Positions 41,277 through 51,230 of a stretch of 64,000 bases of DNA are shown here, one piece after another. Location: assembly GCA_963736855.1 (NCBI GenBank), contig CAVTQK010000021.1, forward strand, positions 672,001-736,000. The letters are read 5' to 3'. Each line of letters starts with the position of its first letter. The first letter of the stretch is position 1. The DNA is from an uncultured delta proteobacterium (GTDB lineage Bacteria > Desulfobacterota > Desulfobacteria > Desulfobacterales > UBA2156). The translations under genes and the position numbers were made by a program. The notes beneath the pieces were generated by a model. That model was not told where the DNA came from and did not search any database. It was given only the letters and a program-made list of their open reading frames with translations.

Positions 41277-42998
41277 TTATGTTTTCCGACTATTTCGCAG
41301 GGTTTTGGTCCCTTCGAGATCCGGTTCCCAAGTCTTCGGGTCGATCACGACCCCGTAGTCCTGCTTTGCCCCTTCAATGCTCACATAACCGCGTTCGACA
41401 TCTCTTTTAACCAGGTCCAGTTCTCTTTCGAACGGATTCCCGTATCCTCCCCCGCCGGCACTATAAAAAGCAAGGACATCACCCGGATCGCAAAAGGTGA
41501 GGCCGCTGGGGTCTGCCGGATCCCCGTTTTTTAAAAACCGGGCCTTGGCTCCCGCTTGACCCCCGAAAATCCCCTGGGGCGCATACCGGAACCGGCCGGC
41601 CTGAACCGCAATCGTGACCTGTCCCTGGGGCGCCTTTTCATCATCCGGAATCCGGATTACCATCCTTCGCCCCAGGCCGCCGCGACGTTTTCCGGGGCCT
41701 CCGGAATCACAAACCAGTTCTCTCGCTTCCACAATCAGCGGGGTGTCGCTTTCGAAGATTTCAACGGGTGTATTCGCACCGTTGGCCGGAAAAATGGCAC
41801 AATGATGGCCGTCCATCCGGTTGCTTGCACCCAATCCGCCCCCTCTGATGATCATGGTGTGCCAGGGTTTTCCGTCATGTCTTTTCCCATAAAAGATGTT
41901 GGTCTGGGCCGGGGTTCCGCCGCTGTCGGTGATGATGCGATCCGGTGCTGCCTTGGAAAGGGCGCGAAAGACCATCTCGGTCATAAAATGACCGATCTGC
42001 ATACGGGCGGCAACCGCCGCCGGAAAACGACAATGAACCACCGATCCTTCCGGCGCCGTCATCCGGACCGGCCGGATGGCCCCCTCATTAATCGGAATCT
42101 CCGGATCAAAAGCGCTTTTGATGGCCATAAATACATACGCATAGGTAAAATTGAAGACCACGTTGACTCCCCAGTCCACCTGCGGAGAAGTGCCGTCAAA
42201 ATCCACCGATATATCGTCCCCATCCACTGAGACACACAGCTTGATGTCGATGTCTTTCCGCTTGCCCGCCCCTTCGATCCGGCCTTCATAGGGATACTTC
42301 CCATCCGGTATTTTTGAGATGGCTTCCCGCATGCTTTTTTCAGTGCGCTCGATGATCTCATCAGCCAGATCGTCCAGGTTGTCCAGTTTTTCATCCTGAA
42401 GCATTTCGATGATTTTTTTGGAACAGACATGGTTGGCGGCCACCTGACTCCGGATGTCCCCGACCACCTCCTTGGGCGTCCTCACGTTCCATCGGATCAT
42501 GTTCAGGACTCCTTCGTTGAGAACTCCTGCATCGTAGAGCTTCAACGGCGGGATAAATAGACCCTCTTCATAGACTTCCCGGTTATCGGAGGAGACCCTC
42601 CCCCCGATGTCTGAATGGTGAAAAACGCAGGCGGTAAAAGCCACGGGCCTTCCCTGGTAAAAAATGGGGCTTAAAACACATACGTCGTTAAGATGTCCGG
42701 CCAGAAGCCATGGGTCGTTGACGATAAAAACATCCCCTTCCCGGTATTGGTCCAAGGGAATAGATCGTACGATTTTTTTGACCCCCAACGCCATGGCACC
42801 GGCCTGCCCCGGGGTGCAGAAGGTCCCCTGGACGAGTTCCTGACCGCGGCTGTCCGTAAACATACAGGTATAATCATGGGCATCCCGAAGAAGACTGGAA
42901 AAGGCCGTGCGGGAAACGGATGCGTCGGCCTCGTCCACGATGGAGACCAGACGGCGCCAGAGGATCTCAAGGGTGATGGGATCAAAAGGTTTCGGCAT
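41277..42998 (-). CDS. Hydantoinase B/oxoprolinase family subunit
   Basis: DPITLEI, RTAFS, NDPW..GHLND, HHSDIGG, EEG, NTPVE, DSGGPG, GGGGYG. Start ATG 42998 overlaps the hydantoinase A gene. Confidence 0.92.
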   Translation of the reverse strand: MPKPFDPITLEILWRRLVSIVDEADASVSRTAFSSLLRDAHDYTCMFTDSRGQELVQGTFCTPGQAGAMALGVKKIVRSIPLDQYREGDVFIVNDPWLLAGHLNDVCVLSPIFYQGRPVAFTACVFHHSDIGGRVSSDNREVYEEGLFIPPLKLYDAGVLNEGVLNMIRWNVRTPKEVVGDIRSQVAANHVCSKKIIEMLQDEKLDNLDDLADEIIERTEKSMREAISKIPDGKYPYEGRIEGAGKRKDIDIKLCVSVDGDDISVDFDGTSPQVDWGVNVVFNFTYAYVFMAIKSAFDPEIPINEGAIRPVRMTAPEGSVVHCRFPAAVAARMQIGHFMTEMVFRALSKAAPDRIITDSGGTPAQTNIFYGKRHDGKPWHTMIIRGGGLGASNRMDGHHCAIFPANGANTPVEIFESDTPLIVEARELVCDSGGPGKRRGGLGRRMVIRIPDDEKAPQGQVTIAVQAGRFRYAPQGIFGGQAGAKARFLKNGDPADPSGLTFCDPGDVLAFYSAGGGGYGNPFERELDLVKRDVERGYVSIEGAKQDYGVVIDPKTWEPDLEGTKTLRNSRKT

Positions 42999-45129
42999 GG
43001 CATCCTCCCTTTCCCTTTTCCAGATCGATCCATATAAAACCGTAATCGTCCACAACAGCGGCAGCATCTTCTCCGAGGATGATGGTGGACTCCTTTTCTT
43101 CGATGATGGCCGGGCCCCCGAATGAAGCTCCTGGGAAAAGCCGCATCCGGTCGTAGACCGCAAAAGGAATGAATTGCCTCTTGTTGACGGAAAAGGCATT
43201 GCGCTCCCCCTTAATGCACGCCGTAAGATTCGTTTTTCGAATTTGCAGCTTCGGGATGTGAAAGGGGGGCTGGGGAATCTGTGCCCGAACTTTAAAGGTG
43301 ACAAACTCCACCGGCGTTTCCGGGTAGGTTCGGCCGTATAGCTTTCGATAGCTGTCATCGAAAAGCCTTCGAATCTCCTCCTTGGAAAAATGGAAAAAGG
43401 GCTTTCTTTCAATAACGAGATCCGTCTCGGACCCCTGGCCGATAAAACGCATGCTCAAGACGCGCTGAAAAAGAATTTCCTCCTGTTTCCCGGCCGATTG
43501 CAGAACCGCCTCGCCGTCTTTTTCCATTCCTGAAAAAAGCTGTTCCACCTCTTGGAAATCGGCGATATCCATTCTCACCCGGTGGCTGCGGGAAAGATCG
43601 AAGGCAATCGGTGCCGTAAAAAACCCGAGGGCCGACCCCACGCCGGCCAACGGCGGAACCAGAATACGGGGGGCCCCGATCTTTTTGGCCAAACCGTAGG
43701 CATGAACCGGCCCGGCGCCGCCAAAGGCCAGGATCAGGACCACCTGCGGGTTTCCCCCCTTTTCCGCGATGTGGGTCTTGGCCGCCGCCGCCATGGTTTC
43801 ATTGATCAGATCATGGATTCCGAAAGCCGCTTCCAACGCCGTCGTGCCGAGCGGAGACGCAATCCTCTCTGTAATGGCTGCTTCAGCCGATGCTTTGTCC
43901 AACGGCATGGTACCGCCCAGAAAATAATCGGGATCCAGGTAACCGAGGACCAGGTCAGCGTCCGTTACCGTCGGTTCCATGCCGCCCCTTTGATAGCAGA
44001 CCGGCCCGGGATCGGCCCCGGCACTATCCGGACCCACCTGGAGAAGCCCCATCCGGTTTATCCTGGCTATGCTGCCGCCTCCGGCTCCGATCTCCATCAG
44101 GTCCACAACGGGAACCTGAATGGGCAGGCCGCTCCCTTTTTTAAAACGCTGGACACGCCCCACCTCGAAAGTGGAAACCAGTCCGGCACGGCCCTTTTGA
44201 ATCAGGCAGGATTTGGCCGTGGTTCCCCCCATGTCAAAACAGAACATGTCTTCCACCTTGAACATCTTCCCGTAATGCTGGGAAGCGATTACCGCTGCCG
44301 TGGGGCCCGATTCGATGATCCGAACCGGAAAGGCCTGGGCCGTCTCCACGGAAGTGATCCCGCCGCTGGAAAGCATTATGTAAAGCTTTCCGCCAAACCC
44401 GACCTGTCGCATCCTTAGGATAAGTTTTTTCAAATACTTTTCGGTGATCGGTTTGACATAGGCATTGGTCACCGTGGTGGAGGTCCGCTCATATTCGCGG
44501 ATTTGAGGAAGGACTTCAAAGGACGTGGAAAGAAACAGATCCGGGGCCTTTTCTTTTACGATCTCCTTGATACGTATTTCGTGAATCGGATTTTCAAAAG
44601 AGTTGATGAGACAAACCGCCAGGGACTCCATGCCCATGTCCAGCAGTTCCTTGAGCACCGCTTCCGCTTGGGCATCTTCCAGGGGTTTGAGAATGCGTCC
44701 GTCGCAGGCAATCCGTTCCCGGATTTCTTTACGGAAGGACCGGGGCACCAGAGGTTCTGGGTATTCGGAGAAAATATCGTAGGCATCATACCGGAGTTCC
44801 CGGCCCAGTTCCAATACGTCCTTGAACCCTTCGGTGGTCATCAATCCGGTTTTAGCCCCTTTTCGCTCGATGATGGCATTGATGACCAGCGTGGTCCCAT
44901 GGATAATCTCTTCCAGGTTCGACATAAATCCGGGATGTTGATCCAGAAGTTGGGATACGCCGTATTCCACCGCTTCCGAAGGGTCCACCGGGGTGGTTAG
45001 GCATTTATAGACGTAAAACCGTCCGGTTTCGTCATCAACCAGCACAAAATCGGTGAAGGTTCCCCCGATATCGCAACCCAATCGATAACGGCCATGGGGC
45101 GATGCGCTTTCAGGATTCATAAGACGCAA
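42982..45129 (-). CDS. Hydantoinase A/oxoprolinase family ATP-binding subunit
   Basis: DIGGTFTD, HGTT, EYERTST, ESGP, DMGGTT, GAGGGS, SAGADPGP, FGGAGP. Confidence 0.93.
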   Translation of the reverse strand: MRLMNPESASPHGRYRLGCDIGGTFTDFVLVDDETGRFYVYKCLTTPVDPSEAVEYGVSQLLDQHPGFMSNLEEIIHGTTLVINAIIERKGAKTGLMTTEGFKDVLELGRELRYDAYDIFSEYPEPLVPRSFRKEIRERIACDGRILKPLEDAQAEAVLKELLDMGMESLAVCLINSFENPIHEIRIKEIVKEKAPDLFLSTSFEVLPQIREYERTSTTVTNAYVKPITEKYLKKLILRMRQVGFGGKLYIMLSSGGITSVETAQAFPVRIIESGPTAAVIASQHYGKMFKVEDMFCFDMGGTTAKSCLIQKGRAGLVSTFEVGRVQRFKKGSGLPIQVPVVDLMEIGAGGGSIARINRMGLLQVGPDSAGADPGPVCYQRGGMEPTVTDADLVLGYLDPDYFLGGTMPLDKASAEAAITERIASPLGTTALEAAFGIHDLINETMAAAAKTHIAEKGGNPQVVLILAFGGAGPVHAYGLAKKIGAPRILVPPLAGVGSALGFFTAPIAFDLSRSHRVRMDIADFQEVEQLFSGMEKDGEAVLQSAGKQEEILFQRVLSMRFIGQGSETDLVIERKPFFHFSKEEIRRLFDDSYRKLYGRTYPETPVEFVTFKVRAQIPQPPFHIPKLQIRKTNLTACIKGERNAFSVNKRQFIPFAVYDRMRLFPGASFGGPAIIEEKESTIILGEDAAAVVDDYGFIWIDLEKGKGGCHAETF

Positions 45130-45145
45130 TCCTCGGTTCTATGCG

Positions 45146-46774
45146 TTAAAAGATGCTCGGTTCTTCCCATACCCCGAAGACATCCATGAATACACCCGTC
45201 ATTTCTCCCACCGTAGCGTATGCCTTGCAGCAGGCCACCAGACCGGGCATCACGTTCTTGCCGGTGGCCGCGCTTTTTTTCAAGGCTTTCAGGGTGCCGA
45301 CCACTTCCCGGTTGTTTCTTTCCTTTCGAAGAGCCTTGAGGCTTTTGATCTGTTTTTTCGCCCAGCCCTCATCGTATTCGTGGAGTTCCACTTCAGGATG
45401 CTCTCCCTCCGTGTACTTGTTGACGCCCACCTTGATGATTTCCCGGTTCTGGAGCCCTTTTTCGAACTCATACGCCTGTCGGCTCACTTCTCTCTGGATG
45501 GCTCCCGCAGCGACGGCCCGAACCATCCCGCCCATCTCCTGAATCCGTTGCATCTCTTCGAGGATCTTTGCTTCCATTTGTTTGGTGATGCTTTCGACGA
45601 AGTATGAACCGGCCAACGGGTCCACGGTGTCCCGCAGCCCCACCTCTTCCATGAGGATCTCCAGGGTCCTTAAAGAAAGCAGGGCCGCCCGGGGTGTGGG
45701 AATGGTAAAGGCTTCGTCAAAGGAGCATAGCGCCGTGGTCTGGGCTCCGCCGAGCGCGGCGGCCAGCGCATAGTAAGCGCTTCTGATAATGTTGTTCTCC
45801 GGCTGTTCCTTGGTCAGACCGCTCCCCCCGCCTCCGAAAAGGCCCCTCAGGAAAAGGTTTTTCTTGTTCCTGACGCCGTAATCCTCTGTCAGCATCCTGG
45901 CCCAGAGCTTGCGTGCCGCCCGGAACTTGGCCACCTGTTCCCAGAGATTTCCGAAGACGTTGAGATTGAAGGAAAACCTCCCCACGAATTCCTCGGGTGA
46001 AAGGCCCCGGGCCGCTACATTATCGATATAGGCTCTGGCGATTTCCAATGCACAGGCGATTTCCTGGGCCGGGGTCGCACCCGATTCCCGGATATGATAT
46101 CCGCAAACACTCACCGGGTTACAGCGAGGCAACTCCTTTACCGCATATTCGATGCAGTCCCCCACCAGCCGGACCGCCGGTTCCACGGGGAATATCCATG
46201 CCCCGCGACCGACCATTTCCTTCAAGATATCATTTTGAGGAGTGGCGCTGATAGCCTCCTTGGCATAACCGAATTTTTCTGCCGCTGCCTGATACATCGC
46301 CAGCATGACGGTGGCATTGGCGTTGATGGTCAACCCGGATCCGATACGATCAAAGGGGATGCCTTTGAAGGCAATCTCGAAGTCCCTGAGAGAATCCACG
46401 GCCATCCCGACCCGTCCGACTTCCCCTTCCGCCCTCGGGTCATCGGAATCGAGCCCCATCTGGGTGGGAAGGTCGAAGGCCACATTCAACCCGGTCTGAC
46501 CGTGGGAGATCATCCACCTGAACCGCTCGTTGGTCTCCTTGGGAGTACCAAAACCCGTATACTGCCTCGTAGTCCACGCCCGGCTCCGGTATCCGCCGGG
46601 ATGGATACCCCGCGTGAAAGGGAATTCCCCTGGATCTCCCAGGTCTTTTTGATAATCAAAGCCCACGGCATCGAGGTCTTGCGGTCCGTAGCATGTCTTG
46701 ACCCGGATGCCGCTCTGATAGATCACCTCTTTGATGGCGTCCTTCTCGTCCCGAACATATTTTGCCACACCCAT
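45146..46774 (-). CDS. B12-dependent acyl-CoA mutase, substrate-binding subunit (atypical active site)
   Basis: PGEFPFTRG, RQY, AFDLPTQMG, QNDILKE, GYHIRE, KFRAAR, DPLAGSY. Confidence 0.93.
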   Translation of the reverse strand: MGVAKYVRDEKDAIKEVIYQSGIRVKTCYGPQDLDAVGFDYQKDLGDPGEFPFTRGIHPGGYRSRAWTTRQYTGFGTPKETNERFRWMISHGQTGLNVAFDLPTQMGLDSDDPRAEGEVGRVGMAVDSLRDFEIAFKGIPFDRIGSGLTINANATVMLAMYQAAAEKFGYAKEAISATPQNDILKEMVGRGAWIFPVEPAVRLVGDCIEYAVKELPRCNPVSVCGYHIRESGATPAQEIACALEIARAYIDNVAARGLSPEEFVGRFSFNLNVFGNLWEQVAKFRAARKLWARMLTEDYGVRNKKNLFLRGLFGGGGSGLTKEQPENNIIRSAYYALAAALGGAQTTALCSFDEAFTIPTPRAALLSLRTLEILMEEVGLRDTVDPLAGSYFVESITKQMEAKILEEMQRIQEMGGMVRAVAAGAIQREVSRQAYEFEKGLQNREIIKVGVNKYTEGEHPEVELHEYDEGWAKKQIKSLKALRKERNNREVVGTLKALKKSAATGKNVMPGLVACCKAYATVGEMTGVFMDVFGVWEEPSIF

Positions 46775-46777
46775 TTT

Positions 46778-47182
46778 CTATCCCCCATTGACCAAAGACT
46801 GAATGGAGCTGGTGATTTCGGAAAACGGCGTTCCTCCGGGAAAAACAGCGGCCACACCGATCTCTTTCAACGGATCGATATCCTTTTTGGGGATCACCCC
46901 GCCGACGACCACTTTGATGTCTTCCATTTCTTCCTGTTTCAAACGGGAAATCAGCCTCCGGCTGATGGACAGGTGCGCGCCGGTCATGATACTCAACCCG
47001 ATCACATCCACCGATTCTTGAATCGCCGTGTGAACGATCTGATCGATGCTCTGATGAAGACCGGTATAAGTGACCTCCATGCCTGCATCCCGCAGCGCCA
47101 GGGCGACGATTTTAGCCCCCCGGTCATGCCCGTCCAGGTCGGGCTTGGCGATGAGCACCCGTATCCTTCTTCTTGCTTCCAT
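46778..47182 (-). CDS. Cobalamin-binding subunit of acyl-CoA mutase
   Basis: DGHDRG (DxHxxG), GLS..GAH, GGVIP. ATG 47182 with GAGGT RBS. Confidence 0.93.
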   Translation of the reverse strand: MEARRRIRVLIAKPDLDGHDRGAKIVALALRDAGMEVTYTGLHQSIDQIVHTAIQESVDVIGLSIMTGAHLSISRRLISRLKQEEMEDIKVVVGGVIPKKDIDPLKEIGVAAVFPGGTPFSEITSSIQSLVNGG

Positions 47183-47260
47183 TACTGATACCTCATTTTG
47201 ATTGATTCTCCCCAACGGCTTCATTTCTTCCGACGTTCCAGTCCGCTCGTCTTATGCCGA

Positions 47261-47971
47261 TCACGCCAGAGTATGATCCTCATCAAAAGCTTCAACGACG
47301 GCGGTACAACCGCGCACAATGTGATCTTTCACCAGCCGTTCCACTCCTTCGGCATCCCGTTGCCGGATATGTTCGAGCATCCGTTTGTGGTCGTCATTGC
47401 TCACCGAAGCCAATATTTCATTTCGCAAAATGATCCGCCGGAAGCGAAAAATCTGGTCACGCAGCTCGTTGATCATCTTGATGAGCCTGGGGCTGCGGCT
47501 TAGAGCATAGAGCAGATCATGGAACTCCGTGTTGATCCGGGTCAGAGCGTCCAGATCTTTTCGAGCCAGAAAACGTTCATATTCGGCAATCTTTTGCTGC
47601 AGCGGGATCAGTTCTTTTTCCTTATGTTGGATCGCGGAAAGCCTCGCAGCGTAGCTTTCAAGGACCCCCCGGATGCCGAAGGTCTCTTCGATGTCTTCCC
47701 GGCTTAAGCCTAAAACCTTGAAGCCGCCCCGGGGGAGCCTTTTCAGAAGCCCTTCCTGTTCCAGTTTGTGGATCGCCTCTCTAACCGGTGTTCGGCTGAT
47801 TCCCATGGCCTCGGCAATCCGGCTTTCCACCATCCGGCTTCCCGGCCCGATGTTCCCCCTCACGACGGCCTGTCTCAGGTTTTCGAAAACACGATCCCCT
47901 AACGATTTCCTTTCGTAAAAACGGTGCAGGGGCTTCAGGTCAAACGCTTCGTCAATATCAATGCGATCCAT
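47261..47971 (-). CDS. GntR-family (FCD) transcriptional regulator
   Basis: ESRIAEAMGISRTPVREA wHTH, NTEFH and DH..I..H FCD motifs. Confidence 0.92.
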   Translation of the reverse strand: MDRIDIDEAFDLKPLHRFYERKSLGDRVFENLRQAVVRGNIGPGSRMVESRIAEAMGISRTPVREAIHKLEQEGLLKRLPRGGFKVLGLSREDIEETFGIRGVLESYAARLSAIQHKEKELIPLQQKIAEYERFLARKDLDALTRINTEFHDLLYALSRSPRLIKMINELRDQIFRFRRIILRNEILASVSNDDHKRMLEHIRQRDAEGVERLVKDHIVRGCTAVVEAFDEDHTLA

Positions 47972-47982
47972 TTGCCATCCTT

Positions 47983-49116
47983 TTACAGACCGGCCCATCG
48001 GGCGATATTGGTCTGGAGGACTTCATGGGTACCCCCACCGTTTAACAGGAAACGACTGTCGCGGTAGTAACGTTGCACAGGATATTCCATGGAATACCCA
48101 TACGCCCCAAAGATACGGGTCGCTTCGTCAGCCGCCTTACAGGCCGCTTCGGTGGCGAAATATTTGGCCATGGTGGCCTCTTTGAGGCATGGGATTTGGT
48201 TGTCGATCATCTTGGTCGCCTGGTAAGTGAGCAATCGGGCAGCTTCCAGTTCGGTGGCCATGATGGCGACCTTGGACTGGATGAGCTGATACTGGGCGAT
48301 GGGACGGCCGAAGGCGACCCGCTCTTTGGCATAGCGGATGGAATCGGTCATGGAGGCTCTCAGCAAGCCAACGGCCAAAGCTGCCGTCATGGCTCGGATT
48401 TCAGAAAGGATGGACATGAGGTTGTTCAGTCCCTCCCCTTCCTGGCCCAGCATGAATTCCGGTGGAATGTGCACATTGGTGAAGGCTACCTCGGACATCT
48501 GGGTCGTCCGGGTTCCCAGGAGTTCAAAGGGAGCGCTCACCGAAACCCCCGGCATCTCCCGGGGTATAAAAAAGAAATTGAGTCCCCTCAGCTTCTTAGC
48601 CGGATCGGTCTGGCACAGGACCGTATAAAAATCAGCGATGGGGCCATTGGTCACCCAGGTCTTCATCCCATTGACCACAAACCCGTCCTTGGTCCGCTGG
48701 GCCAGAGTGGTCACTGCGCCCAGGTCCGAACCGGCTTCAGGCTCGGTCAGACAAAAGCACGGGATCTTTTCGCCCCTCATGGCAGGGAGGAAATACTTTT
48801 CCCGCATTTCTTCCGTTCCGTAATGAAAAAGAAAGTTCGTACCCATCAGGCACTGCATGGCGGTGATGGCGGCAAAGCTCATGAGACCTACGGCCAGCTC
48901 CTCACAGATAATGCAATACAAAGTGGTGTTCCCGCCGCTGCCTCCCTTGTCCCTGGGATACCGAATTCCAAAGACCCCCATTTTCGCCACTTTCTGGAAC
49001 AGTTCTGCGGGAAATTCCCCTGAAGCATCCACCTGTTGCGCCTTGGGAATCACTTCCTTCTCCACAAAACGAGCCATGCTTTCCCGGATAAGATTTTCAG
49101 GGTTGGACCGAATCAT
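47983..49116 (-). CDS. Acyl-CoA dehydrogenase
   Basis: FCLTEPEAGSD, NGMKTWVTNG, RVAFGRPI..YQ, FGAYGY, YYRD, GGT.E. Confidence 0.93.
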   Translation of the reverse strand: MIRSNPENLIRESMARFVEKEVIPKAQQVDASGEFPAELFQKVAKMGVFGIRYPRDKGGSGGNTTLYCIICEELAVGLMSFAAITAMQCLMGTNFLFHYGTEEMREKYFLPAMRGEKIPCFCLTEPEAGSDLGAVTTLAQRTKDGFVVNGMKTWVTNGPIADFYTVLCQTDPAKKLRGLNFFFIPREMPGVSVSAPFELLGTRTTQMSEVAFTNVHIPPEFMLGQEGEGLNNLMSILSEIRAMTAALAVGLLRASMTDSIRYAKERVAFGRPIAQYQLIQSKVAIMATELEAARLLTYQATKMIDNQIPCLKEATMAKYFATEAACKAADEATRIFGAYGYSMEYPVQRYYRDSRFLLNGGGTHEVLQTNIARWAGL

Positions 49117-49174
49117 ATCACGCGTTCTCCTTTCGGCTCTTAAGCCGATCGTATGAATGTCTGAATACGGACAC

Positions 49175-50362
49175 TCATTTGTTTGTCGATTTGAGCTGCC
49201 GGATCATTTCCGGAACGATTTCATGAAGGTCGCCCACGATCCCCCAGTCGGCCACCTGGAAGATGGGAGCACGGGGATCCTTATTGACGGCGATGATGTA
49301 CCGGGAATTCATCATGCCGGCCCGATGCTGGATGGCTCCGGAAACCCCGCAGGCAACGTAAATCTCCGGGCGCACCGACTTGCCTGTCTGCCCCACCTGA
49401 TTTTCCTGGGAGATCCAGCCTTCCTCCACAGCCACCCGGGTCCCGGCCACTTCACCTCCCATGAGATCCGCCAGTTCTCTGAGGGCATTGAATCCCTCGG
49501 CATCCCCCACGCCCCGACCTCCGGCCACGATGACCTTGGCTTCCGTAATATCGGTTCCCTTTTTCCGCTCCTGAATCGTTTCCAGGACTTTGACCCCGAT
49601 TCGGGATTCGGCAATCCGCACGCGATGACGGACGACGACTCCCTTCTTATCCGGTGTCGAAATCGCCGCCATGACGCCGGGCCGGACCGTGGCCATCTGG
49701 GGGCGGGAATACCGGTTGGCGATGGTCGCCATGACATTGCCGCCGAAAGCAGGCCGGGTCTGCAGCAGGATTTTTTCCTTGGAATCAATGGCCAACTCCG
49801 TACAATCAGCCGTGAGGCCGCAACCTACACGCCGGGAGATCCGGGGCGCGAGATCCCGCCCGAGATGAGAAGCCCCCAACAGCAGAATATTCGGTTTATA
49901 GGCCTTTACCAGCTCTTCCACCACATCGGCGTAAGCGGTGGTCCGGTATTGCGTCAATGCCTTGTGCTGCACAAGATAGACCTTGTCCGTTCCATATCGG
50001 ATCAGGGTTTGCGCCAGGTTCGAGACCTGGTACCCGGCTAAAATGGCGCAGACTTCCTGTCCCAGCTCCTGTCCCAGTTCCTGGGCTTTTCCTAAGAGTT
50101 CGAGGGAAACACGGTTCAATTGACCGTTGCGCTGCTCTGCAAAGACCCATACCCCCTGATGGTCCGAGAAATCCGGAATCGTTTTGGGTTCGGCATCCGA
50201 ACGCAAAGCCTTGGCCCTGCAGACTTCCAGGCAGGCGCCGCATGTCGTGCATCGATCCAGAATATGGGCTTTGCCGTCCTTGATTTCGATGGCACCGTAT
50301 GGACAGGCCTTGAGGCACAGTCTGCATCCGTCACAAAGATCCTTTTCCACCCAGACGACCAT
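49175..50362 (-). CDS. etfA: ETF alpha subunit with N-terminal 2x[4Fe-4S] ferredoxin domain
   Basis: [12 protein letters not shown] and [37 protein letters not shown]. Confidence 0.93.
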   Translation of the reverse strand: MVVWVEKDLCDGCRLCLKACPYGAIEIKDGKAHILDRCTTCGACLEVCRAKALRSDAEPKTIPDFSDHQGVWVFAEQRNGQLNRVSLELLGKAQELGQELGQEVCAILAGYQVSNLAQTLIRYGTDKVYLVQHKALTQYRTTAYADVVEELVKAYKPNILLLGASHLGRDLAPRISRRVGCGLTADCTELAIDSKEKILLQTRPAFGGNVMATIANRYSRPQMATVRPGVMAAISTPDKKGVVVRHRVRIAESRIGVKVLETIQERKKGTDITEAKVIVAGGRGVGDAEGFNALRELADLMGGEVAGTRVAVEEGWISQENQVGQTGKSVRPEIYVACGVSGAIQHRAGMMNSRYIIAVNKDPRAPIFQVADWGIVGDLHEIVPEMIRQLKSTNK

Positions 50363-50378
50363 ATTGTTCTTTTTCCTT

Positions 50379-51206
50379 TCACAATTCGCATGTGGACGCG
50401 AAAGCCTTGCAGGCGGTGGCCCCTTCGCTTTCTTTCAGTTTTCGGATCAGCTCCCTGACAACGGTCTCCTTGCTCCCTTCCAGGATCTTTCCTTCCCGCT
50501 TGAACTTGGGGGCAAAGGTACGGATCACATGGGTCAGAGACCCTTCCAATCCCACTTGCTGAGTCTTGACGCCGATGTCCGCCGCGTTCCAGATCTGAAT
50601 GGGCGCTTTTTCACGGCACGCCCAGAGCAATCGTTCCACCCGGGGGAATCGCGGGTTATTCATTTCCCCGATGACGGTGATCAGTGCGGGAATCCGACAT
50701 TGGAGACGTTCATAGCCGTCTTCCAACCTCCGTTTGACCGTGATCTGTTTTGGGCTCACCGCTTCGATGTCGAACACATAGGTGGCCTGAGGAATCCCAA
50801 GCCAGTCGGCCACCTGGGGTCCGATCTGGGCCGTGTCCCCGTCAATGGCCTGCCGGCCGCTGAAGACGAGGTCAAAATGGCCGACCTTCCTGATCGCCAT
50901 GGACAGGGTGAAAGAAGTGGCCCAGGTGTCGGCTCCGGAAAAAGCCCGGTCCGTAAGCAGAATCCCTGCATCGGCCCCCATGCCGAAGGCTTCCGATATC
51001 ACATCGATGGCCTGCACGGGCCCCATGGAAACAACCGTCACTTTTCCGCCGAACCGTTCCTTGAGGACCAGGGCCGCTTCCAAGGCATGGGTATCATCCG
51101 GGTTCATGATGCTTTTCAGCCCTTCACGAATGAGATTTCCGGTCTTGGGGTCCAACTTGACTTCCGTAGTATCCGGCACCTGCTTGATCAATACGATGCT
51201 GTCCAT
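50379..51206 (-). CDS. etfB: ETF beta subunit
   Basis: IKQVPD, NPDD, MGP, DRAFSGADTWATS, GRQAIDGDTAQIGP. Confidence 0.93.
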   Translation of the reverse strand: MDSIVLIKQVPDTTEVKLDPKTGNLIREGLKSIMNPDDTHALEAALVLKERFGGKVTVVSMGPVQAIDVISEAFGMGADAGILLTDRAFSGADTWATSFTLSMAIRKVGHFDLVFSGRQAIDGDTAQIGPQVADWLGIPQATYVFDIEAVSPKQITVKRRLEDGYERLQCRIPALITVIGEMNNPRFPRVERLLWACREKAPIQIWNAADIGVKTQQVGLEGSLTHVIRTFAPKFKREGKILEGSKETVVRELIRKLKESEGATACKAFASTCEL

Positions 51207-51230
51207 AGGTATCTTCCTGAATAAACTTGT

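Noticed and set aside
41277..45129. Acetone/acetophenone carboxylase or housekeeping 5-oxoprolinase
   Set aside because: No gamma or extra carboxylase subunits are present, and the context with a Mo hydroxylase and mutase fits a lactam hydrolase better. This is not strictly excluded.
43552..51224. Long plus-strand ORFs (43552-44418, 46094-47188, 48073-49023, 49157-50041, 50184-51224), and likewise 15796-16554
   Set aside because: They are antisense shadows of well-supported GC-rich minus-strand genes and have no recognisable motifs.
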